The notes below the pieces were generated by a model. That model saw only the letters and a program-made list of their open reading frames with translations, did no database searches and was not told the DNA's origin. Position numbers and translations under genes: made by a program. Shown here piece after piece: positions 39,607-49,100 of a stretch of 64,000 nucleotides of DNA (its first letter is position 1; every line of letters begins with the position of its first letter). This DNA comes from Myxococcota bacterium (lineage in GTDB: Bacteria; Myxococcota_C; UBA6777), in assembly GCA_023150835.1 (NCBI GenBank), contig JAKLKB010000018.1, positions 1 through 64,000 of the forward strand, given 5' to 3'.

Positions 39607-40019
39607 GCGGCTTGGTAGGCTTTAAACATCCCGGGATCGACGCGCACTTCGTGGCTTGTCACACGCCATCCAGCGGCTTTCTTCACCAAGGTATCCCGAA
39701 CAACCGCTGTGGCGACGACTTTGGGGATATCTTCTCGCTCGATCACCGTCAGATAAGAGGTTGCGACAACGCCTTGCTCTGTGGGATCCAAGACCACGTT
39801 GCTGACGACGTGGCGTTTGCCGCTGGTGTTTCCCTCCGTAGCCACCAGAAACCCACGGATCGCATCGACTCCCGAAACAGGCGGCGCGAACCCCGGATCC
39901 ATCGTGGCTTGCGCATCAAAAAACTGCATATACGTGTCCCAATCTTGGGCATCCACCGCATGATCAAGACGCGACAACACTTCGTGGACCATCAACCGAT
40001 CTTCGATCGACAAAAACAT
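39591..40019 (-). CDS. SnoaL-like/NTF2-family protein
   Basis: EDRL..D..DW..F..DA; RHVVSN; WRV; divergent from LysR. Confidence 0.88.
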   Translation of the reverse strand: MFLSIEDRLMVHEVLSRLDHAVDAQDWDTYMQFFDAQATMDPGFAPPVSGVDAIRGFLVATEGNTSGKRHVVSNVVLDPTEQGVVATSYLTVIEREDIPKVVATAVVRDTLVKKAAGWRVTSHEVRVDPGMFKAYQAAQVGG

Positions 40020-40156
40020 CGTTTCCTCCAAACTCTCTTGTGGGGTATGTTCGACACTCAGTTTGGCGGCACGAAACAAGGCCACACGAGCAGCGGACTC
40101 GGAGGCACGTTGTATGCGTCCGCCCGTTCTGTGGCTCCTTGTCTCTCGCCGCGTGA

Positions 40157-40269
40157 TACGGTATCCGAGTGATCTGTGATCGAAGGAGAGCGCCCAGACG
40201 CCCTGTGCTTGGGCAGCCACAGGGGGCTGCCCCTACATTTTTGCGATCACACAACGGGCGGATTTCGTA
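40157..40269 (-). mobile_element. Family-B MITE
   Basis: TACGGTATCCG ... CGGATTTCGTA; GGGCAGCCACAGGGGGCTGCCCCTAC. Confidence 0.85.
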
Positions 40270-40424
40270 TGACTGTTTTTCGTGTCCATCTGCTCCCGAC
40301 GCCGAAACCTCGGTGAACCCAAGGCACACGCAAGATATACCGCCTTGACTTTGATTTGTCGATTGTGAGATATCGCAACCCTGCTTTGCATTTTCTGCAA
40401 AGTCTTTTCCCGAAGGAAACGTCG

Positions 40425-41342
40425 GTGAATACGACCCATCTCGCGACGCTCGTCGCCGTTGCTGAAGCAGGTTCACTTTCACGCGTGGCACAGCAACGAA
40501 AAACCAGCATCAGCAGTATCAGCCGTCAGATCGCAGAGATCGAACAGACACTGCGAACACCTTTGCTGTTGCGAACAGGACGAGGTGTGCGCCTCACACC
40601 CGCAGGAGAGGGATTCGTCGAGCGAGCGCGTTTTCTTTTGCGTGATCTGGATCTTGCGATCGCCGAAGCCACCGCACTCGATCACCCCCAAAACCACCCC
40701 CTGCATCTCTCTTCACCGATCGAAGTTGCGCTATCCTTGCTTCCATCCAGCCTATCCCTCTTCCATCAAGCCCATCCTACGGTGCGTTTGGATATCCATG
40801 CCGAAGCGCGAAAAGTCTCCTTACTCGAAGAAAGCTACGATGCCGCTCTCCGCTTGGGCCCGCTTCAAGATGTGAACCTACTTGCCCGTCCCATCGGCGA
40901 AGTGGCCCTTTTTTTGTGTGGCCCACCCTCTCTGCGCTTGCAAAAGCCTTCGATCGAAGCCATCGGCTCTCTGCCGTATGTCGGTGTCGTCGGTACAAAC
41001 GAAAAAGTCCAAGCCGTCCTCCGCCAAAAAACCTTTGATCTATCTATCCGTTCCACGATCCGCACGAGCACTTTCTCAGAAGCCGCCGAGTTTGCAGTCC
41101 TCTCCCAACACGCTGTGATCCTCCCCTCCTACACGGCCTCACGCTTTTTACACGATCAACGCCTGATACTGCTTGTGCCTGCGTTGAAACTTCCGACGAT
41201 CCATCTGCACATGCTGCTGTCCCCACACCACCGCAAGACCCTACCCCTGCAAACGCTCTATGAGATCCTGCGCGAACAACTCGCCAAGCACAACACCCTC
41301 TCCCCCAAAGCATCGCGATCAAACCGCTCCGCACGACGATAG
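40425..41342 (+). CDS. LysR-family regulator
   Basis: EAGSLSRVA..SISRQIAEIE..LLRTGRGVRLTPAG. Confidence 0.92.
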   Translation: MNTTHLATLVAVAEAGSLSRVAQQRKTSISSISRQIAEIEQTLRTPLLLRTGRGVRLTPAGEGFVERARFLLRDLDLAIAEATALDHPQNHPLHLSSPIEVALSLLPSSLSLFHQAHPTVRLDIHAEARKVSLLEESYDAALRLGPLQDVNLLARPIGEVALFLCGPPSLRLQKPSIEAIGSLPYVGVVGTNEKVQAVLRQKTFDLSIRSTIRTSTFSEAAEFAVLSQHAVILPSYTASRFLHDQRLILLVPALKLPTIHLHMLLSPHHRKTLPLQTLYEILREQLAKHNTLSPKASRSNRSARR

Positions 41343-41409
41343 ATATCCCTGTTTTTTTGGAATCTCCAAAACGATCTCGACGATAATCAAAAGAGGAGTG
41401 ACGCGGCTC

Positions 41410-41490
41410 ACAAAAAACCCGCGTTCGAACCCGTTCAAGCGAGAGAGTCTTCTGTTTGAAAAACGTTGATCTCTTCGCCGATATCGGGAT
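41410..41490 (+). mobile_element. Family-A left-arm fragment
   Basis: AAAAAACCCGCGTTCG...TCAAGCG...GATCTCTTCGCCGA. Confidence 0.65.
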
Positions 41491-41535
41491 GAGATCGACA
41501 AAGATCGACACATAGCATCGTGCGTATCTCCGCAA

Positions 41536-42813
41536 ATGCCCAACAACCCGAGAGTTTCGATGTCAAACAAGATCACCAAAAACGCATTCCAAGATCATTT
41601 TCGCAACAAAGAACTGCGCATCAACGACCTGCAACAAGAAAACTCCCTCACCCCCGCCCTCAAAGAAGCCGCACGCAGCGCCGACACCAACCGCGACGGC
41701 AAGATCAGCGGAAGCTCCGAAACAGACAAACTTTTTCGTGCGCTTGACCGCTTTGACCGCGACGGAAGCGCCCGTTCCATGCACCGAAGCCCTGCCGTCG
41801 AGACCGTTCTCCATCATGCCGCCTCCCCCCAAACGCCCACCACACCGACCCAACCGAGCGCTCCCACCACGACCATCACTCGTGCGGCCTTTCAAGCGGC
41901 GCTCGACGACAAACACATCAAGGTATCATCCCTGAAAGACAATAGCGCGATCCCAAGCGAAGTCGCATCAGCGGCCCGCAGCGCCGACGCCAACCGCGAT
42001 GGCAAGATCAGCGGAAGCTCCGAAACAGACAAACTCTTTCGCGCACTCGACCGCTTTGATCGAGACGGAAACGCCCAATCCATGCACCGAACCACCGTTT
42101 TGGATGCGATCCTTGGTGCAGCAACGACCAATCCTCCGCCTCCTACAGCAGATCCCAACCGCGCCGTCCGAGCCAACTTCTCTTTTCAACCCAATGCTGT
42201 TGCCCTTGACCGAGCCCGAAGCTCCGACCTCGGCAGCAAGATGTCCGAAAAACTTGAACAGCACCGCGACACTTATCTGAAAGCCTCCGCCCTCACAGGC
42301 GTTCCCGCCGAACTGATCGCTGCGATCCATGCCAACGAATCGGGATTCGGCGATTATCGGCCTTCTGTGCGCGGCCCTGAGTCGGGCTTCGGCCTAGATG
42401 ATCGCCATGTCTCTACTGCATGGGGCAACAGCAAACTCGAACAATACGGCCTCGGGCGCTGGGAACGCGGAACAGGAACCGAGCGCAGCATCTTCCAAAG
42501 TGCTGTGATCGCTGCCGAACATCTCAAACGCAACGCTGCCTTCGCAGGAATCGACATCCACGCACAGATGAATGCCAACGATCTCGCAGGAGCCGCCCTC
42601 TCCTACATCCAAGGTACACGCGCTGCCGAAAACGCCCATGATCGGGGCTCAAGCTGGATGTTCAACACTTCCGACAACAACCCCCATCCCCTTCACCCCG
42701 GCGGCACCAGCCGAACCAGTAGCGGGCGCACCGTTCGCGTTGAACCCGACCGAAAAGAAGGGCTTTTGCGCTGGGACACCCTTTTGCCTTTGATCAAAGA
42801 ACATCTGCGCTAA
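41536..42813 (+). CDS. Duplicated EF-hand-like modules plus lysozyme/SLT-like domain
   Basis: AD(T/A)NRDGKISGSSE..DRFDRDG x2; TGVPAELIAAIHANES. Confidence 0.8.
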   Translation: MPNNPRVSMSNKITKNAFQDHFRNKELRINDLQQENSLTPALKEAARSADTNRDGKISGSSETDKLFRALDRFDRDGSARSMHRSPAVETVLHHAASPQTPTTPTQPSAPTTTITRAAFQAALDDKHIKVSSLKDNSAIPSEVASAARSADANRDGKISGSSETDKLFRALDRFDRDGNAQSMHRTTVLDAILGAATTNPPPPTADPNRAVRANFSFQPNAVALDRARSSDLGSKMSEKLEQHRDTYLKASALTGVPAELIAAIHANESGFGDYRPSVRGPESGFGLDDRHVSTAWGNSKLEQYGLGRWERGTGTERSIFQSAVIAAEHLKRNAAFAGIDIHAQMNANDLAGAALSYIQGTRAAENAHDRGSSWMFNTSDNNPHPLHPGGTSRTSSGRTVRVEPDRKEGLLRWDTLLPLIKEHLR

Positions 42814-42912
42814 AAGCACCCTTTCTTGGTTTGTCTCTTCCTTGGTACGCATGCCTTTTTCAATTTCGCCTGTGCTCAAAACGCCCGCCCCCCCTCCGTG
42901 CTCCGAAGCCCC

Positions 42913-43823
42913 CTAAGGGCGAATGCTCTCGTTTTGCGTCATCTGCCTTACGCTTTCGTTGGTTTGCTGTTGCGATACACCACGTTCGCAATACGCACTC
43001 CACAAAGCCACCAACGCAGCAGGTGCCGCCCCAATCGCCAATCCGATGCCCATCCCCGCAACACCTGCTGTCGCCACAGTTGTAGAGATGGCAGCGGCCA
43101 AGCCACCTGTTGCAAAGGCTGCCGCTGCGTTGGTGACCGCCTCCATCCCCCTCCCTGAACTTGCTCCCCAAGCCACACCCACAACCAAACCAATGGCCAC
43201 CCCTGCTGCTCCACCCGACGCACTGATTCCCGAGGTGAGTTTCGTCACGATCCCTTGCGCGACGAAACCCGCCCCAGCAGCAACGGCATCGCCCGCCGCG
43301 ATGTTCTTCAACGCCTTTTGAACGTGATCTTTGATGGCTTGCGGACCTTGTTTTGCGGCATCAACCAAGGGAGAAAACAGCTTACGATAACTTTCTGGGT
43401 CGCTTGCTTTCAGTGCGACCATCGCAACATACGCTCTGTCATGATCGACTCCTTTACCGCCACCGAATCCTACACGCTGCACCAAGATCCCCGCCAGAAC
43501 TTGTTGCGTCGCCGGAGAAAGCAAGGCGAACGCCTTTGGATCTGCCGTGATATTTTTGGCCAATTCCGTAAGGAATGCCGTTTTGTCTGGGCGCGAAGAC
43601 GATGATAGAAAATTGTGGCATCATCCATACCGCTCTGCACAAAACCAATGTTTCGCCTTGCCCGCGTAGCCTCCCCTTCTCTGTGCTTCTCGGATCGAAA
43701 TCGTTCCTGTGTCCAACGTCCGAACACCTGAGCACCCGAAGCGAACTCATTCGACCAAAAGCCCAACACCCGACATTTCTTTTCATCGAACGCCACCAAA
43801 CGCCCAAGTTCCGACGCATCCAT
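42913..43823 (-). pseudogene. Probable frameshifted Gly/Ala-rich (glycine-zipper-like) membrane protein
   Basis: Upstream frame ...SGMDDAT joins NFLSSSSRPDKTAFLTELAKNI after a 1-nt shift near 43605; hydrophobic GxxxG helices. Confidence 0.45.
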
Positions 43824-43863
43824 CGCTCGCTTATCCTCTCAATCAGCACTTTCCGCAATTTCC

Positions 43864-45183
43864 CTAAAACCGCACAGGAAAGCTCTTCCAACGCGCAACC
43901 ACTTGGCCGCCTCGTACTGCGTCGATCGTCTCAAAGTTCAGCAGCGCATCCCCCTCCATCGGTCGAAAAAACACAAAGTCTCCTTGCTCGATCTCGACCG
44001 CATCAGAGCCGATCAACAGCGACTGGTTCGGCAGTAGGTTGGCGTTTGGCGCACCCGCCGTCAAAGGCTCGACCACAAGGCCCGTTGGAGACGCGATCTC
44101 CCTCGACCAGCCGCCCCCGTAGATGTAAAAAGACCGACCGCGATTGGGATCCCACCAGCGCAACAGCCCCTCAAATGACTCCAGAAAAGCAACCTGATTG
44201 CCCTCAAGCTTTTTTAACACAGGAGCCGCGATCCATACCGCAGGACGGTGCGCTGCGAGCGTGTAAAAATCAAAATGCGCGGGCTGCAAAAAGGCACTTC
44301 CAATGCTGAGATCGCGGATACTCGTGCGTTTCTCCATCCCTTGATACAGCGAATAGGTCTTGCTCCCACCACCATTCAAGGTCAATGGCTTCGCAAACAT
44401 CGACGGATACGCCGATCTTGCCTCGCTCACAAACGCTTCGTATCGCCGCAAGACCTCTTGAAATGCCCGTTGTACCGCAGAACGCTGCGATGGAACAGCA
44501 AATGGCGTGTGCGGGACATGCCCGTCATAGCCCATCAGCCCCGAAAAAACCAGATGTTTTGGATGGCTTGCGATCACGTTCAACGCCTCCTTGAGTGCCT
44601 TCGCATCGGCAAATCCGCCACGCCGAAGCCCCACATCGATCTCCAGATTGATCCGCAACACCAACCCCTCTGCCTTTGCCCACGCAAGATAGCGCTCCAA
44701 CCGCTGCCGCGAATCCACCAGCCATTGTACCGCCCCCAACAACGGCTGCTTTTGCGCAGATCCCATCGAACGCACCGCAAACTGCGCAGCCTCCACCGAC
44801 CAAGGCTTGCCCAGCAGATAATCCATCTGACCCCCAAAATGCCCAAACAAGCGCGGTAAAAAGCGCGCATGAAACACCATCAACCCCTTTGCATCGGTCT
44901 TTTTGCACAGGTAGGACAGCAGCTCAAGACTCGGCAGCGACTTGACCACGATCCGCAGGCGATACGGCTCTCTCACCACATGACGGATCGCCTCGGTGTT
45001 GTGATCCAAACGCCCCAGATCGATCACCAACGCGGGCTGCCCCTCGGCCTGCCCTTTCAGCACTCTGTTCAGCCCCGAAAAAAAAGCGTCGTGCTTTCCC
45101 CCCCCTTTGCTCGGCTTCAACACAAACAACCCCACCACAAGCAACCCAACACCCAGCCCGATCCATACACGCACACGTCTCAT
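43864..45183 (-). CDS. DSD1-like PLP-dependent alanine-racemase-fold protein with N-terminal TM
   Basis: RIVVKSLPS, LEIDVGLRRGG, GLMGYDGH, GGGS. Confidence 0.88.
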   Translation of the reverse strand: MRRVRVWIGLGVGLLVVGLFVLKPSKGGGKHDAFFSGLNRVLKGQAEGQPALVIDLGRLDHNTEAIRHVVREPYRLRIVVKSLPSLELLSYLCKKTDAKGLMVFHARFLPRLFGHFGGQMDYLLGKPWSVEAAQFAVRSMGSAQKQPLLGAVQWLVDSRQRLERYLAWAKAEGLVLRINLEIDVGLRRGGFADAKALKEALNVIASHPKHLVFSGLMGYDGHVPHTPFAVPSQRSAVQRAFQEVLRRYEAFVSEARSAYPSMFAKPLTLNGGGSKTYSLYQGMEKRTSIRDLSIGSAFLQPAHFDFYTLAAHRPAVWIAAPVLKKLEGNQVAFLESFEGLLRWWDPNRGRSFYIYGGGWSREIASPTGLVVEPLTAGAPNANLLPNQSLLIGSDAVEIEQGDFVFFRPMEGDALLNFETIDAVRGGQVVARWKSFPVRF

Positions 45184-45395
45184 TGCCCTCGACCTCCCGA
45201 CCTTTTCAAAAAACTCCGCTCCACCTATACCACACCTCTGTCTTTTCTTACAGATGTCACTTAACACACCAACTTGACCTATCCCCCGCTCTTTGCTACG
45301 TTCAATCCCCTTCTGAAGAAGTTCGCCTCGCGGCATCCATCCCACGCTCCCACCTTTTGCGCCTGATGGACGCCTCCGTACCACAAGGAACCGCA

Positions 45396-45992
45396 ATGTC
45401 CGAAGCCAACAAAGCTCAAAAAAAGAAAGCACAACTCCGCGAAGCCGCCTACCGCTGCTTTCAAAAGTCTGGCTATTACGAAACCACCGTCGATGATATC
45501 TGCCAAAAAGCCCAATGCTCAAAAGGCAGTTTCTATTATCACTACGCCTCCAAACAAGAAGTCTTTATCGATATCCTCCAAGTCTGGGCCCGCGAAGTCA
45601 TCTCCGAGATGCTCAAGTCCTTTGAAGATGCCCTCGCCAACGAAACCCCCATCGAAGCCGTCACCCAAGCCATCCAAAACGAAGTCCGACGCGGTCGCGC
45701 CATCGTCCCGCTCTGGCTCGAATTCACCATCCACGCCCACCGCGACGAACTCGTCCGAAACGCCCTCTCCAAATTCTTCCGACGTACCCGCAACGCCATC
45801 TCCGAGATGCTCGAACCCCTCACCCGCGATCGCTTCTCCGCAGAAGAAAGCGAAGGCATCGCCGCCGGCATCTTCGGTATGTACACCGGCCTGATTATGC
45901 AAGAACTCGCCGACCCCGAAACCGCCGATGCCAGCGAGTCCGTCGCACGCATCATGCGCGTCATGTCCATTCTTCTCGCTCCCATCGCCTGA
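45396..45992 (+). CDS. TetR-family regulator
   Basis: GYYETTVDDIC..SKGSFYYHYASKQE. Confidence 0.93.
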   Translation: MSEANKAQKKKAQLREAAYRCFQKSGYYETTVDDICQKAQCSKGSFYYHYASKQEVFIDILQVWAREVISEMLKSFEDALANETPIEAVTQAIQNEVRRGRAIVPLWLEFTIHAHRDELVRNALSKFFRRTRNAISEMLEPLTRDRFSAEESEGIAAGIFGMYTGLIMQELADPETADASESVARIMRVMSILLAPIA

Positions 45993-46026
45993 TCTCCCTC
46001 CGCCATCCTTGATCCAAATTTTTTTA

Positions 46027-46093
46027 TTGACATCCTTCACGAATTCAAGTACCGCCCTCTTCCATTGATTTTTCTTTAGACCGACCAGTCGGT
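46027..46093 (+). promoter_or_regulatory. fas upstream region: TTGACA and TetR-type palindrome
   Basis: TTGACA at 46027; ACCGAC-CA-GTCGGT at 46080-46093. Confidence 0.55.
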
Positions 46094-46124
46094 TTTTGTT
46101 TGCCCAAAAGAGAAGAGGGATACG

Positions 46125-49100
46125 ATGCGAAGAACAGAAGAGCGCAACAACGGGAAAGCAGCGGTTGTTCAAGCGGCAGAGGAGGGTGCTTCTTTGTCGG
46201 CGTCAGCGAAAGAACAGCTGTGGGGTCTGGAGCGCACGTCGCAAGGGTTCGTGTCGTACGATGGAGAAGGGGGGCAACAAGGCGGCGCGTTGTACACAAG
46301 CGGTCAAGTGACTGCGGTGCGCTCGTTGTTGTCGCGTCTGGTGCTGGGGGAAAACCAAGCGGCGATCTCGTTTGCGGGACAAGGTTTCTATGATCTGGAT
46401 CATCTTGCGGGTTTGATGCGGGGATCGCGGGAAGTACGGGCATTGTTGGAAGCCGCGACAGCACATCTAGAATCACTGGTCCACACACAAGAAGCGCGAT
46501 GGAGCGGGTGTTATGCCGATGGCTTCGATGTGATGGCTTGGTTGCAAGAGCCTTCGACGCGCCCGTCGGCAGCGGTATTACGGGGCGGTTGTTATTCACA
46601 GCCGCTGATCTTGATCCAACAAGTCGCTTTGTATGTCGCGTTGTACGAAGAAGGGATCCGCGAAGCCTTTGCGGTGGGGGCGATCCCCGTGATCTTTGGT
46701 CACTCTCAAGGCTTACAGACGGCGTTGTTGGTGGCGGAAAGCCCAAACGGACAGATCGAGACCGAACGGCTCTTGGCTTATGTAAGCTATGCCTTTTGGC
46801 AGGGTCTGGTGATGGAACAAGGATACACCGTCACGCCCGAACGTTCGGCGGAAGGGGCGTCACCGATGGCGGCGATCTCGGGTCCGTCGCTTGCGGTGTT
46901 GGAACAGGTGTTGGCGCGTTTCAATCGCAGTTTGCCCGAAGCAGCGCAAGTCGATATCTCGTTGTACAACACACGCAATCGCCATGTGGTGAGCAGCCAT
47001 CCTGCGGTGCTTTCGACGCTACGCAAGGCGATGGAGGCCCAAGCCGAGCGCGAGGCTGCCCGAAAAAAAGCCGGGCGATTCGGAGGACAACCGCTACAGT
47101 TTACATGGGAATATCTCGAAGTCAGCGGCCCGTTTCATTCGCGTTATATGCGCGAAGGCTTTGAGCAGATGCAGCGAAAAGTCCGAGATATCGGCTTTGA
47201 TTTTTCAAAAAGCCGCTTCTTTGTGGATGTGTTGTGTGGCCACACAGGGCGCGTGTTGACGCAACAGCCCGATGTATTGGATGAGTTGCTGCACAATCAG
47301 TTTGTGCGCTCGGTACGTTGGTCGCGGATGTTGCGCAGTTTGGAGCCTTACAACGGAGTTTCGGATATCTTGGATCTCGGGCCGGGGGATGGGGTGATGC
47401 GCTTGACGGCTTCGGCCTTGCGTGGAACGGGACGACAAGTCCACACGCTTTACACCCAAGAAGGCCAAGACGCTTTCTTTCTACAAGCTCCGCAGACACC
47501 TCGTCCTGTGGCTTATTGCAGCTTTCTTCCGTCTGTTTCTCCCGATGAGGCAGGGGGATGGCGCGTCGAAAACCGATACACCCGCGCAACGGGCCATGCA
47601 CCCGTGATCTTGCCGGGGATGACCCCCACCACGTCGGATGTCCCGATCGTCGCCGCAGCGGCCAACCAAGGTTTTACCGCCGAGTTGGCGGGCGGCGGTC
47701 AAGTCAACGAACGGATCTTTTGGTTGCGGATGGAAGAGCTTCAAGAGGCCCTTGGACCCGGGCGTGAAGTCGTCTTCAACGCGCTGTATCTCGATCCGTA
47801 TCTGTGGGATCTTCATGTGCGCAAAACGGGCTTGGTGCAAAAAGCACGCAAGGCGGGTTATCCGATCTGTGGTGTGACGATCAGCGCAGGGATGCCCGAA
47901 GTCTCCGAAGCTGTCGCTCTTTTGGATGAGTTTGTGTCGTTGGGGATGTGGCTCAATGCTTTCAAGCCCGGGACGTTGGCGCAGATCCGTCACGTCGTCA
48001 AGATCGCACAAGCCGCACCGCACCATACGATCTTTGTGCATCTCGAAGGCGGCAAGGCAGGCGGGCATCACTCGTGGGAAGATCTCGAACAGCTTTTGTT
48101 GGACGGCTATCACCTCTTGCGCGAACAGCCCAACCTCGTGCTTTGCGTGGGCGGCGGGATCGGAAGCGAGGCCCACGCCAATGCCCTGCTGACAGGCCGA
48201 TGGTCTCTCGCTCACGATCTGCCACAGATGCCCGTCGATGCGGTGCTTTTGGGGACGCTCACGATGGCTTGCAAAGAAGCCACCACCTCCGCACAAGTCA
48301 AACAAGCCCTTGTCGATGCTCCCGGCTGCGCGGGATGGGTCTTTGCAGGCCACGTCGAAGGCCAGACCACTTCGGGAAAAAGCGCACTCAACGCAGATAT
48401 CCACTACATCGACAACGCTGCCTCCCGCTGTGGGCGTTTGTTGGATGAAGTCGCGGGCGATGCGATCGCAGTTCAAGCCCGACGCGATGAGATCATCGCG
48501 GCACTCAACCAAACCGCCAAGCCTTACTTTGGCGATCTCTCGACCATGACGTATCATGCCGTCGCGCAGCGCCTTGTCACGTTGATGGCCCTCGGACGTC
48601 ACGGACGCTACGAAGACGGTCCTTGGCTTGATACGACGCACCGCACACGATTCGCAGACTTTTTGCAGCTTGCAGAGGCTCGATTGTGCGAACAAGAAGA
48701 AGGCCGCTTCGCATGCTTTTTTGGAACCTTCGAAGCGCTTGACCATCCACAGGCTTGTGTCGATCGGCTGCTTGCGCTGTATCCCCACGCAGCCCAGCAG
48801 ATCTTGCATCCTGCGGATGTTCGGCGATTTTTGTATGATATCTGTGGCCGCGCTGGCAAGCCTGTTCCGTTCGTTCCCGTCATCGACGCCGAAGTGCGGC
48901 GTTGGTACAAAGCAGACTCGCTCTGGCAAGCCCACGATGATCGCTACAGCGCCGACCAAGTTCTGATCATCCCCGGCCCTGCGGCCCTTCAAGGACTCCG
49001 TAGCGCAGATCAGCCTGTGGCCTCGATGCTTGGGCGGTTTGTGGACGCACTCCAAGCAGAAGTCCAACAGATGCCCGCGCCTCCCCACGCCGAACGTTCA

